Assembly: GCA_951406725.2 (NCBI GenBank) | Contig: OX597819.1 | Span: forward strand, 42,594,001 to 42,658,000 | Direction of reading: 5' to 3' | Length of the DNA: 64,000 nt | Source: Octopus vulgaris | Taxonomy: Eukaryota | Shown: positions 36,756-49,184 of the stretch, piece after piece | How positions within the stretch are numbered: the stretch's first letter is position 1 | Layout: every line of letters begins with the position of its first letter | The notes under the pieces: generated by a model | What the model saw: only the letters and a program-made list of their open reading frames with translations | What the model was told of the DNA's origin: nothing | Databases searched by the model: none | Position numbers and translations under genes: made by a program

Positions 36756-38014
36756 AGATCATCAATTAACATCCATTTTCCATGTCTAGATCTGGTCAGC
36801 CAGAGGCCTGCACCAGGCTCCATTTGCCTGTTGTGGCATGGTTTCTATGGATGGATGCCTAATGCCAACCACTTTACTGAATATTCTGGGCATCTTTTAC
36901 ATGTCACCAGCACTGGGCACTAAGATTATTTTATGGAGAGCATCTCCAGTGATGTTGCTGACAGTGACTTGCTCCCTTCTGATATCAAAACCTGATCTCT
37001 CATCTTCTGATTCATTCCATGGGTCTGCTACTGAATCACCGTCATCTGATAAGGAAACGTTTCCAAAGAGATTTCCGATTTAACCACAGTAATATGAGGT
37101 TCTGATCTTGTTTCATGACTTGTGGCCATGCTGGTGCACCATCTTAAAGGGATTTGAATGAAGCAATCCCGGTACTTATTTTCATACCAGGCACCTAATT
37201 CTAGTGGCCATTGTTGCCAAACTGCTAAGCCATGCCGATGTTAACAAACCAACACCTAGTGTCAAGCAGTGATGGGAAACAAACACAAACAGACCACACA
37301 CATATATATATACATATGTACATACATACACTGGACATCTTACAGCTTCCACCATAGCCTTGGGCTATAGTAGAAGACAGTTTCCCAAGGTACCACTTAG
37401 TAGGACTTAACCTCGACCCATGAGGTTCTGAAGCAAACTTCTTACCACACAGCCACACCAAAGACTCCATATATATAAAAGAAAGAAATCCCCATTGAAA
37501 ATCATGGTGACTCCCATGGCATATTAAGAATATAGCATGGGGCATCACTACCGACTCCTTATATTATATGGCGGAATGTATCAAAATCCATATCTACTAT
37601 TAAGCATGATGATGAAAATTTTCCATGTCACCAAATTTAAAATTAACAGAGAATCATAATATTAAAAATGATCAACTATCTCAGATGCTTCAGTGGAATT
37701 TTAGGATAAACTTAACTTCTGTAAATTTGATTTAAATATTTTTTTAATCTCATTCCAAATAATCTTGTTTCTAATCTTTTGACCAGATATCGATAGTTCG
37801 CTTCCTTCATTTCATTTCTAGTTTCGTATCTTGTTTTTATAATTCCCATTAATAAAATATAATTTCGTCTAGATATCCTTTATAATCCATGCTTTAAAAA
37901 GTCTGTATTATATTTTTAAGTGTATTTTCAGGCAATTAAAAAGGAAAAAAATTAGTAACATTGATTTTGTAAATCACAAAAGATTGATAACATGATGTAC
38001 ACAACCATCAGAAA

Positions 38015-38141
38015 TTAGTTCGTTTCGCTCTTTACCGTGTCGGTTTTTTGAAATGTCTTACAATTCAATTTTTTGTTGAAACGTCTCTTAAGCTAAATTA
38101 AAGACATTTCACATTAAACCCGGGTTTATATAAAACACCAG
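38015..38141 (+). promoter_or_regulatory. Putative non-coding first exon of ZNF-C
   Basis: Duplicate of 30485-30615; donor CAG|GTAAGT at 38142; acceptor TCATTTCAG at 39633. Confidence 0.6.
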
Positions 38142-38834
38142 GTAAGTAATTAATATACATTTCGGTTAAGTCGACATCTCCGAATGCCTTGCTTTTTTTA
38201 TGTGTATGAAATATACCGTAATTAATTCAGTTTAATTGATTATAGTAGTCACATAAAATGATAATTAATTAGTGAACTCAGGTGAATGTCGCAAACCGTT
38301 TCTGCGTGGTCCCTTTCTCTTTGTATCGGCGATGGTTTGTCTACGTGTATATTCGGCTAAATTTGGACAAGTGCATCCGAAAGATGTACCTCTGTTTATA
38401 CGTTATATAGGAAAACAAAAATTCACTTATAATGATAGAAAAACCAAAAAGATTACTGTTCTCTGACTGTCGTTCTGTTTAACCACATAAAGAGTCGACA
38501 ACCTTGTGGTTAGTGATAACCGGTACAATAATTTGTTTTACTATAGCTATTGCAGTTATTGCTCAGGTCCGTTAAAAGAGCGAGACATTTTGTTGGCTAT
38601 ATGAGTCTCTGTCGGTAAATTGTGTTTTATGATGCTGCAGAATTCATTGTTCTCAGGTACTAAAAACGGAACGTATATACGACTGTAGTCCTCTTTGGTA
38701 ACTCAAATAGTCGACAAACATGTGGCTAGTGATAACCGCTACGATAAAACAATACACAACTTTTAAGGAACTCAGTCTTCAAGCAGTATAATGAATATGG
38801 CTAAACCTTTACGAGTGCTTTTAGAACAATGTCG

Positions 38835-39025
38835 TTAGCACGCCGGGCGAAATGCTTAGCGGTATTTCTTCTGCCGTTACGTTCTGAGTTTAAATTCCGC
38901 CGAGGTTAACTTTGCCTTTCATCCTTTCGGGGTCGATTAAATAAGTACCAGTTACGCACTGAGGTTAATGGAATCGACTTAATGCCTTGTCCATGCCTGT
39001 CCCCTCTGTTGGCAATCAAGAAATA
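38835..39025 (+). mobile_element. Nin-like SINE
   Basis: GTTAGCACGCCGGGCGAAATGCTTAGCGG...TTCATCCTTTCGGGGTCGATTAAATAAGTACC. Confidence 0.75.
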
Positions 39026-39259
39026 AATATAAGTCTTCATTAGATTAAAAATAACATTATCAAAGCATGAAGGTAAAACAAAACAAATAGCAGCTTATAC
39101 ACCGGATAATAGGGTAACTGTAGTGGCAGTGACAAGTTTGCTCAGTGGATGCTAGTTGATAGTGTATAAGGGGGAGAAAGAGTAAGGAATGTACATTGCT
39201 CACTAGGAAGGATAAACGTGATGAATACAACAGAGTGGTGACGTTTAGTAGAGATGACC

Positions 39260-39450
39260 CGGAAGTTGTTCCCCTTCGATTACTATCATAAACAGCAGTA
39301 GCTTTCTTCAACGGAATACACGTCGTTGATTGGTTGAAATTACCCAAATACGACAACTTTAACATGAAATAACTTCTAAAATAGGAAATTTTGTCAAAAA
39401 CATTCAGAGAAATTCTACCAGTATTTGAAGATTCAAACTTTTTAGTTAAA
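39260..39450 (-). mobile_element. Merlin 5'-leader remnant in the ZNF-C intron
   Basis: GATTGGTTGAAATTACCCAAATACGACAACTTTAAC...TTCTACCAGTATTTGAAG is the reverse complement of 54215-54400. Confidence 0.55.
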
Positions 39451-39947
39451 TTTTTTTTTTTACTTTGTGATTGAGATGGAATAGATCCAATTTTAATAAC
39501 AAGGGAAAGTAACTCTTTAGCTGAAAATTTATATTCACAGTTTATCCTTATGAAAACATACTAACATTTCTATTATTGAATCTCTCCTTTTTAACTATTT
39601 TCTCTATTGTATATTATTTCTATATCATTTCAGAATATCAGACGATTGTGGCATGATTGGATTTTTGCTAGAGATACATCAAGAATATTTATAATCTTAT
39701 AAAGACTAAAGGAAGATGTGATAAATAATTGATATAAACATGTTTACATAATATATCGATGATGAATAACTGTGAAATACTTTGTTCTGAACTGAAATTG
39801 ATAGCGACATTTTTCTTACACACTGTATTTCACATTCTAATTAAACATAGAAACATTTACAAGGAAATTTGTAACATTCAGATACTGACAAAATCAGACA
39901 AGAAAAATATTTATTTATTGTGGTAGTATCAGAAACATTACAGAACA

Positions 39948-41624
39948 ATGAGTTATGTGAGAAATGTAAAGGATGGCTTATTTTGTGAAGGGATGTCAAT
40001 AAAAAGAGAAAAATTATCGTACTGTTGTGATATCTGCAAAAAGTCTTTCTCTAGGAGAGGGAACCTAACTACTCATAAACGCAGTCACACAGGAGAGAAA
40101 CCATATCACTGTGATATTTGTGGTAAAACATTCCCTGCATTTAGTAACTTAACTACTCATAAACGCAGTCACACAGGTGAGAAACCATATCGCTGTGATA
40201 TCTGTGGTAATTCATTCTCTCAAAAATGTAGCTTAACTACACACACACGTATGCATACAGGTGAGAAACCATATCACTGTGATATCTGTGGTAAATCGTT
40301 CGCTATGAATGGTACTTTAACTAAACACAAACGCACTCACACAGGAGAAAAACCATATCACTGTAATATCTGTGGAAAGTCATTAACTCAAAAAAGTAGC
40401 TTAACTATTCACAAACGTCTGCATACAGGTGAGAAAACACATCACTGTGATATCTGTGGTAAATCGTTTGCTCAAAACATAGTATTAACCACACACAAAC
40501 GCCTTCATACAGGTGAGAAACCATATCGCTGTAATATTTGTGGTATATCATTCTCTAGAAGTAATACTTTAACTACACACAAACACATTCACACTGGAGA
40601 GAAGCCATATCACTGTGATATTTGTGGTAAATCATTCTCTCAAAAATGTAACTTAACTATTCACAAACGTCTGCATACAGGTGAGAAACCACATCAATGT
40701 GATATCTGTGGTAAATCGTTTGCTCGAAATGTAGTATTAACTATTCACAAATGCATTCATACAGGTGATGAACCATATCACTGTGATATCTGTGGTAAGT
40801 CATTTTCTCAAAAAAGTAACCTAGCTACTCACACACGTATGCATACAGGTAAGAAAGCATATCAATGTGATATTTTTGGTAAAACATTCTCTCAGATGAA
40901 TGATTTAATTCATCATAAACGCATTCATACAGGAGAGAAACGCTATCATTGCGATATCTGTGGTAAATCATTCTCTGGAAGTAATGACTTAACTACACAC
41001 AAACGCATTCACACAGGTGAGAAACCATATCACTGCAATATATGTGGAAAGTCATTCACTCAAAAAGGTAGCTTAACTATTCACAAACGTTTGCATACAG
41101 GTGAGAAACAATATCACTGCGATATCTGTGGAAAGTCATTCACTCAAAAAGGTAGCTTAACTATTCACAAACGTTTGCATACAGGTGAAAAACAATATCA
41201 CTGCGATATCTGTGGTAAATCATTCACTCAAAAAAGTAGCTTAACTATTCACAAACGTTTGCATACAGGTGAGAAACAATATCACTGCGATATCTGTGGT
41301 AAATCATTCATTCAAAAAGGTAGCTTAACTATTCACAAACGTTTGCATACAGGTGAGAAACAAAATCACTGTGATATCTGTGGAGAGTCATTCACTCAAA
41401 AAGGTCACTTAACTACTCACATACGTTTGCATACAGGTGAGAAACCATATCACTGCGATATCTGTGGAAAGTCATTCACTCAAAAATGTAACTTAGCTAC
41501 ACACACACGTATTCATACAGGTGAGAAACCATATCACTGTGATATCTGTGATAGATCATTTGCTCTGAATGATACTTTAACTAAACACAAACTCATCCAT
41601 ACAGGAGAGGAAACACATCCTTGA
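39948..41624 (+). CDS. Tandem C2H2 zinc-finger protein ZNF-C (19 fingers, one with C to F)
   Basis: 558-aa ORF; paralog of ZNF-B (shared MSYVR start, PAFSN, QMN and LNDTL fingers). Confidence 0.93.
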   Translation: MSYVRNVKDGLFCEGMSIKREKLSYCCDICKKSFSRRGNLTTHKRSHTGEKPYHCDICGKTFPAFSNLTTHKRSHTGEKPYRCDICGNSFSQKCSLTTHTRMHTGEKPYHCDICGKSFAMNGTLTKHKRTHTGEKPYHCNICGKSLTQKSSLTIHKRLHTGEKTHHCDICGKSFAQNIVLTTHKRLHTGEKPYRCNICGISFSRSNTLTTHKHIHTGEKPYHCDICGKSFSQKCNLTIHKRLHTGEKPHQCDICGKSFARNVVLTIHKCIHTGDEPYHCDICGKSFSQKSNLATHTRMHTGKKAYQCDIFGKTFSQMNDLIHHKRIHTGEKRYHCDICGKSFSGSNDLTTHKRIHTGEKPYHCNICGKSFTQKGSLTIHKRLHTGEKQYHCDICGKSFTQKGSLTIHKRLHTGEKQYHCDICGKSFTQKSSLTIHKRLHTGEKQYHCDICGKSFIQKGSLTIHKRLHTGEKQNHCDICGESFTQKGHLTTHIRLHTGEKPYHCDICGKSFTQKCNLATHTRIHTGEKPYHCDICDRSFALNDTLTKHKLIHTGEETHP

Positions 41625-41654
41625 CATCATCAGTTTCATCTCCAAGCTGTCCAT

Positions 41655-42102
41655 TACCCAACAGAGTTCATTAATTCTCTGGAGCCACCTGGAATTCCAC
41701 CACAGAAACTTTTTCTGAAGATAGGAGTCCCAATAATGCTTCCAAGAAATTTAGATCCTCTTAAATTATGCGATGGAACAAGGTTTATTGTGAAGACATT
41801 ATCACCTAATATAACAGAAGCTACCATCATCACTGGATGTGCCTCTGGGGAAGAGGTTTTCATTCCAAGAATTACAACCAAACCAACAGACATGCCCTTT
41901 CAGTTCAAACGAACAATTCCCAGTGCTACTTCACTTTGCAGTGTCTGTTCATAAAGGTCAAGGCCAGTCTTTGAAAACTACTTGTTTGCTTTTCTCATGG
42001 TCAACTTTGTTGCTTGCTCCAGGGCAGGCAATTTGCAAGACTTATTTGTCTATGGTCCAAACCAGAAAACAAAAGAATGTTGTTTACCCAAAAGCTCTTT
42101 GA
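41655..42102 (+). pseudogene. Helitron PIF1-like helicase C-terminal fragment
   Basis: YPTEFINSLEPPGIPP..LKIGVPIMLPRNL..LCDGTR..VFIPRI..FQFKR/QFPV..FAVSVHKGQGQSL..NVVYPKAL, frameshifted. Confidence 0.88.
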
Positions 42103-42498
42103 TAATTTCCTTCAACATATGTGATAGAATTTCACTCCTTTCATAAAAGTGGTAAATTTTTTTTTTTCTTATGAATTCAGACTTGATTTCCCAATTAAAG
42201 AATAAATTATATCCCATTTGAAGAATAAACTGAAATTACAGTAACAAATTTCTTTGCAACATATTTTGTTTTTTTCTTCCAATATGTGAGGAAAAATTTC
42301 ATATAATCTTACTCTTACATGTTGTAAATCATTATTCATGATTATTATTATAATTATTGAATTAAAAAATGTTTTGTAATTTTAATTTTGGGTATGAAAT
42401 GAAACAATTGTAGGTGATGATATTAAATAATTTATATCCAATAGATGTCTCCATTTTCTGACTTAATAATACTTATAATATATATATATATATATATA

Positions 42499-42795
42499 CT
42501 AGCTGTGTTGCTCGGGTTTGTAAGGGAAATAACTATGTAAGCATTTTTAGAGAGTTACTTCCCTTATATAACCCAAGCAAAAATCATAAAAAATACGGAA
42601 AAATTATGGTAATTTTTTTTTTAAATCGTAGACTCATTGTATACGCACGCTAATACCCAGAAGTGCTTGATATGAATGACGACTATAAGATACCTGCTTT
42701 TGGTTAAACTACACCGCAAAATGTGGGAGTAGTTAGGAATCTAAATCGGGGGAGACAGAGTCTCACACGCACAACTTCACTTTTATATATAAAGA
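42499..42795 (-). mobile_element. Non-autonomous Helitron, same family as 29748-30034
   Basis: A|CTAG...GTTGCTCGGGTTTGTAAGGGAAATAAC...TTTTATATATAAAGA|T. Confidence 0.78.
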
Positions 42796-43279
42796 TGTGT
42801 GTGTGTCTGACATCAACATTTAACATACATTTTCCATGATTGGATCTGGAAAGACAGAGAGCTGCTCCAGTCCTTTGATGTGGCATGGTTTCTATGTCTG
42901 GATGCCCCTCCCAACAGCAACCACTTTACAGAATGTTCTGTGTCTTTTACACTGGGCACAAAGATTATTTTATGGAGAGCATCTCTAGTGATGGTGCTGA
43001 CAGTGACTTGCTCCCTTCTGATATCAAAACCTGATCCCTCATCTTCTGATTCATTCCATGGGTCTGCTACTGAATCACGGTCATCTGATAAGGAAACGTT
43101 TCCAAAGAGATTTGAGATTGAACCATAGTAATGTGAGGTTCTGGTCTTGTTTCATGGACTGCAGCTATGCTGGGGCACCACCTTAAAGGGATTTATTTGA
43201 ATGAAGCAATCCTGGTACTTATTTTCATACCAGGCACCTAATTCTATTGGCCATTCTTGCCAAACTGCTAAGCCATGCC

Positions 43280-45030
43280 GATGGTATGGTAGGATAGTAT
43301 GGATGGTATGGGATGATATGGATAGTATGGTATGGTATGGTAAGGATTGATGGATGATTGGATGGTATGGTATTGAAGGATAGTATGTTTGGTATGGTAT
43401 GGATGGATGGCTGGATTGATGGATAATTATTAGTTTAAAACAATGCCTGTTAGAAATTATTTGTGCGTTTGAATTTAGATGGATTGATGGGATGGATTGG
43501 TATGGATGGATGGTATTGATTGGATAATAAGGTATGGATAGTATGGTTGGGTGGTATGGATGGATGATGGTATGGTATAGATGGATGGATTGATGGATAA
43601 TTATTAGTTTAAAACAAAATGCTTGTTAGAAATTATTTGTTTGTTTGAATTTAGATGTATGAATGGTATGGGATTGTATAGATGGATGGTATGGTATGGA
43701 TTGATGGATGGATGGTATGAATGGAGGGATAGATTGCATGGATGGAATGTATAGATAAGTGGTATGGATGGATGTTATGGTATGGTATGGAAGGATAGTA
43801 TTGGTGGTATCGTACGGATGGATTGATGGATAATTATTAGTTTAAAACCAAATGCCTGTTAGAAATTATTTGTGTGCTTGAATTTAGATGGATGGATGGA
43901 TGGATAAATGTATGGATGGATGGATAAATGGATGGATGGAGGGATGGATGGGTGGATGGTTTCATGGACCGATGGATGGATCGATGGATGGATGGATAAT
44001 TATTAGTTTAAAACAAAATGCCTGTTAGAAATTATTTGTGTTTGAATTTAGATGGAAGGATGGATGGATGAGTGGATGGGTGGATGGATGGGTGGATTGG
44101 TGGATGGATGGATGGATGGGTGGATGGATGAATGGTTGGATGGATAATTAATAGTTTAAAACAGATTATTTGTGTGTTTGAATTTAGTTTGATGGATGTG
44201 TGGATGGATGGATGGATGGATGGATAATTATTAGTTTAAAACCAAATGCCTGTTAGAAATTATTTGTGTGCTTGAATTTGGATGGATGAGTGGATGGATG
44301 GAGGGATGGATGGGTGGATGGTTTCATGGACCGATGGATGGATGGATAATTATTAGTTTAAAACAAAATGCCTGTTGGAAATTATTTGTGTGTTTGAATT
44401 TAGATGAATGGATGGGTGGATGTGTAAATGGGTATATGGATGGATTGGTTGATTGGTAGATGGGTGGATGGATGGAAGGATGGATGGGTGGATCAGTGGC
44501 TGGATGGATGGGTGGGCAGGTGGATGGATGGATAGACAATTATTAGTTTAAAACAAAATGCCTGTTAGAAATTATTTGTGTTTGAATTTAGATGGATGGA
44601 TGGATGGGTGGATGAATGGATGATTGGATGGGTTGATTTGTTGGGTATATATACAGTTTATAGAGTGCTAAACATTTTCGGTATGCAAATTAGGGACTCC
44701 TGCATTTATTGTGTATTTAAACAGTTTATAAAGTATTAAGCATTTTCGGTATGCAAATTAGGGACTACTTCATAGAATAACTGCTGTATTTGTTGAGTAT
44801 TTAAACAGTTTATAGAGCGGTTAAAAATTTTCGGTATGCAAATTGGGGATTCCTTCATAGAACAACTGCTGCATATGTTGAGTATATATACTGTTTATAG
44901 AGTATTAAAAATTTTCGGTATGCAAATTAGGGACTCCTGCATAGAATAACTGCTGCATTTGTTGAGTATTTAAACAGATGGATGGATGGATGGCTGGCTT
45001 ATTAGTTTAAAACAAAATGCCTGTTAGAAA
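43280..45030. repeat. Compound satellite: ~55-bp AT-rich unit interspersed with (GGAT)n/(GGTAT)n, plus four ~70-85-bp ATGCAAAT-containing repeats (44640-44975)
   Basis: ATAATTATTAGTTTAAAACAAAATGCCTGTTAGAAATTATTTGTGTGTTTGAATTTAG repeated about 8-9 times. Confidence 0.85.
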
Positions 45031-45528
45031 TATGGTTTCTGCTTTTGTTTTAAATTTTCACAGACCTGACTGACAGAGCCTGTTTTTTTACTTCCTTTTG
45101 TAAGAGTATAATAGACGCGGAACTAATAGTAAATTTCTAACCAGTCATAACCAATGACTACATAGGCTTTACTTCCACACACGCCAGCTTAATTTAAGTC
45201 GCCCTTAGTCAAAAGACAGCTGTTGTTATGTCCTGTTATTTGTATTTGTGTACACTTCTCTGGGTTTTTTTTCATCTTTATTTTCATATACATTCGTTGC
45301 TTTCTTTCAAGAAATCTAATGCTCTTAGCTTAGTTTTTCCTTGGGGTTGGCCAGATTGGATCAATCTCGAGTTTAACCAGCCGAAATTGCAAAGATAATC
45401 TGGAACTCGACTGAAGAAAGAAAACTTAGAATGACCTGTCCTTGTTTTCTTTCTATCATCTATCTGGATGTTTTGTTGTCCATTTCTTGTATCACCTAAA
45501 TGTCTGGATGTTTTGCGTTCTTGTCCCA

Positions 45529-45562
<34 letters not shown>

Positions 45563-45740
45563 TATTTATTTTTATTCTTTTTTTTTTGCTGTATTGTGTG
45601 TTAGTTTCCCTTTTTGCATATGTTATTTTATTATTGATCTTCTATATAAATGAAGCTATATCCTTTAATTTGCTGCTTTTCTTCACATGAACTAAGCAGG
45701 TACATTGTGGAACTGTTATTTTAATGAGTTGTATCTGTTT

Positions 45741-45843
45741 ATCACCCGAAGAGACACATCTCCACCGTCGGATGATCCTGAACCAGTTAAGTATCCTACC
45801 CGTGAGTGTTCGATGCTAGTTGTATCAAAACAATTGTAGTGAT
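45741..45843 (+). ncRNA. Inactivated type I hammerhead-like motif in a pLTR-like relic
   Basis: ATCAC-CCGAAGA-GACAC...GTATC-AAAA-CAATTG-TA-GTGAT; GAAA changed to AAAA. Confidence 0.45.
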
Positions 45844-46264
45844 TAATAAAAACTCTTGTATCTTCCATCTTCCGTCTCTCGTTAACCAAATACATAACGA
45901 ACATAGTGAAAGTGACCATGCTTTACCAGTAAGCTACCAGGTATAAACCATTCATTTTATTATCTACTATCTAATTATATATATGTGTGTGTGTGCGCGC
46001 ACGCGCGTGCATCTCTCTCTATATATTTATATGTATAACTAGCAGACATTTCCTCCCATTTTCCCATGTGAGTTTGCATGGTGGAATCGAGTAGCTGAAT
46101 TGTTTTTGCAAATTTTCTCTCGATATTTACCATTGGAGCAAGACTTACCATCTATACATCTATGTTGTTTTATTATAATTCCATTCACATCTAAAATATT
46201 TTGTAGCTAAATCAACTCCATTCCTTCGCTCTTAAATTTATTCTATCGATGGCCAGAAATGCGC

Positions 46265-46575
46265 TGCTTACTTTAAGAAAACAGCACAGCTCCCATGACT
46301 TCAGGAAACATTTTTTCACGCTGAGAGTTGCTGAAGCGTGGAACAAACTGCCGGCATCGGTTGTTAGTTGTCGGAGCACTGCATCCTTCAAGACTTCCAT
46401 GCTTCCTGAGATTCACCAACACTACACTTGATTTTCTCCCCTCCATACACACACAAGCATGTTCACTTTCCAGACATTTCTACATTACTGCATGTACTTT
46501 ATATGCACTTTCTGACAAGTTGTGGTGCACCTGAGCACTGTATACAATAATTTCATTATTATTATTATTATTATT
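46265..46575 (+). mobile_element. CR1-clade LINE 3' end with (ATT)n tail
   Basis: RKHFFTLRVAEAWNKLPASVV..STASFK; tail GTGGTGCACCTGAGCACTGTATACAATAATTTCATTATTATT, also at 21555-21605. Confidence 0.82.
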
Positions 46576-46639
46576 ATAATCAATTAATTAGCATTGGGTG
46601 GTGTTATCTCCCCTGTGATTGGTTGGTATAGCAGCAATA

Positions 46640-47560
46640 TCATGAACTGCTGCAAAAGCAATAGAGATGGTTTAGAAAGAAGAAAATGTAAACGTATAAA
46701 AATGGTGGGCTAAATTAGGAATGTTACTGAAAGAGTTATAGCAAAGCTAATCAGTGAGATAATTAACTTAGATATGAGACAGTTTGAGTTTAGGCAAGAA
46801 CTAAGAACGACCTAAATCCTCTTTCTAATCGGACAATCACAAGAAGAGTTCGTAGCCAAAAGTAAACCATTATATTTAGTATTCATTGGTTTATAGAAGG
46901 CCTTTAAAGTGTTATACGTTCTTTAGTCTGGTGATCACTAAAAAAGATGGAAGTAAAGGGAAGGTTTGTGAGAGTCGTGCAAAACCCGTAGAGAAGTGTT
47001 GTTAGCTAAACAAGAGCTTTCAACGATCTCAGTAAGATATTCATGTAGGTGTTCATCAGGAACTTGGGTCTCAAAATTCTCCTCTTTTCATAAATCGACT
47101 GACTGTAACAGAGAAATTCAATGTCAGAGTCTCCAAGAGAAATTTGGCAAAGTAAAACAAAACAATTTTCAGGCTCCGAGATGGGAGGAGTGCGCAGAGC
47201 TTATTTTTCCTTTTTTTTTAATGCATTGCTCCAGCAGATATTCACTTTACTATCCTTGATCCAGAAACCCAAGGAAGAGCTAAGTAAGAACTCAAAGTGA
47301 TGCACTAGCTGAGTCATCTCTCATGAGCGCCGTTTAAGACTGACCGTGTGCAGGAACTCCTGTAAGCTCACAATCTAGTTATCATACTTGAGCCTAGAAT
47401 TGAGATCCTTAAAGGTCAATAAACAAAGACGAAAGTTTTACTTTCTAGGAGAAAACAGAATATTGCTACCAACAGGGAAAGTAATTATGCTCACTCTGAC
47501 GACAGAGGGTATATAGGAGCGGTATATTTAATGCAAACAAAAAGTGCACAGAGGTGCAGT
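46640..47560 (+). mobile_element. Highly degraded RTE LINE RT region
   Basis: Relics of QFGF, KPLYLVF.DLEKAF, GVHQG and PWELLYA (CCGTGTGCAGGAACTCCTGTAAGCT). Confidence 0.5.
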
Positions 47561-48097
47561 GTGTTTTCGGCAAGTCAAAAAAATTAAACTAAGTTAATTG
47601 TACATGTGTTCTTTTATAAGTGCATGCATGGTTATATGTTTAAGACGAAAAGCTAATGATATTAGAACAAGAACAAGTTGAGATAAGAATACTGAAATTC
47701 TTATGAATACACTTATGTTGGCTGCAAAGAATATTAGTAAAAGGGTTGGCAACAAAAAACTTACTGACGTTCCTCATAGAGGAAGGTCTATACGTTTTTG
47801 TTAATTACAACCCTAATGGTGAACGTAACAAAAATTTCAAGAGGAGTTTACAATGACGACAGTTCCTGCACTGAACAATACAGAAATGATGCACCATAAA
47901 CATCAAACCATTTTGGATAAGTTCTTTAACCCTTTAAGGAGATGATGATAATGAACTACAAGATAGAAAATTGTAACCGTCATCCTCACAGTAACTCTTA
48001 TTCTATCTCCACTTATTAGAGAATTGTCGACATCTTTATTACGATCCTAACTTATTTCACTCCAAATGTTTTTATGTATACATATTGTACAGTGTAT

Positions 48098-48420
48098 GAA
48101 GGCGCGTAGCTTACTGGTTGGAGTATTCGGGTCATGATCGTGAGTTCGATTCCCGGCAGAGCACTGTGCGTCCTTGAGCAAAACATTTTATTTCAAGTTG
48201 CTCCATCCACTCGGCTGACAAAAATTATTATTACCTTTATTTCAAAGGGCCAGCCTTGTCACATTCTGTGTCACGCTGAATCTCCTTGAGAACTACGTTA
48301 AGGGTACGCATGTCTGTGGAATGCTCAGCTATTTGCACGTTAATTCCATGAGCTGGCTGTTCCGTTGATTGGATCGACTGGAAACTTTGTCGTCATAACA
48401 AAAGGAGTGTCATTGTTTTG
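48098..48420 (+). mobile_element. tRNA-derived SINE (V/Meta-like)
   Basis: GAAGGCGCGTAGCTTACTGGTTGGAG...GAGTTCGATTCCCGG...GTCCTTGAGCAAAACATTTTATTTCA. Confidence 0.72.
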
Positions 48421-49184
48421 TGTATATTTAGAAATTATTATTTTAATGCATAAAAGTAAATGTGTAGGTGTTTTTTGTTGTTGTTTTTTTTCTTGTCACC
48501 AGTCAGAACATATATAAAAATCAATGGGGATATTAATTTCGTGTTACAGGTTTTTCACGTTACATCAAGTTTTTCATGGAATCATTGCTCTTGTGGCATG
48601 TTACGGGATGTGTGCGAGCGCGTGGGGTAATTCCAGTAGCGTGTTTATGCCGCGTTCCGCAACCATTTCGACAAATAAAGACTGGTGGAATAGCTAGTAG
48701 ACCACAATAAGTACAGTGGTTGATATGGTCGTCATAATTTATAAATGTGGTGCACCAGTATTCTCCCACTGAATCCACTAAACAAATTCGATGGAAACAA
48801 GCAATAAACTGCCTTGTAGTGTAAGGGAGATAATTAATTATTACAGTTCTTATGACTTATTTCCCTTGATATACCACTTTTTACTTGACCTTTCAGTGAG
48901 GTCTACGAAAGAACATTTCTTTGATAAAAGGTTCTTCCAATAAACTTCAAACATGCAGATTTTAATGAAAGAAACTGCATCACGAAATCACTTAACCTCT
49001 CATCACACTGAATCTATCATATTTTATGAATGTTGCCTCCTGGCTTTAGCTAATTCCAATAATGTTACATTTTGCGTTTTTCTGTTTCGTTTTATTTTGT
49101 GCTGCCGTTTAATCATTTGTTAGTCTTTCGTCTTTTTGCAATTTTATGTAACTTCTGCAAAATGTTGGAAAGGGGATTTCATGA

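Larger units (their letters stand above)
30110..43280 (+). repeat. Tandem segmental duplication of the ZNF-B unit (~30110-37400) and ZNF-C unit (~37575-43280)
   Basis: 30110-30860 matches 37580-38478; 32260-32870 matches 39490-40060; 36400-37225 matches 42320-43280. Confidence 0.88.

Noticed and set aside
43280-44620. CRISPR-like repeat/spacer appearance
   Set aside because: The spacers are (GGAT)n microsatellites of variable length, the context is eukaryotic, and there are no cas genes
45400-45445. Possible hammerhead CTGAAGA...GAATGACCTGTC
   Set aside because: GAAA core absent and stem I not convincingly paired; at best a relic
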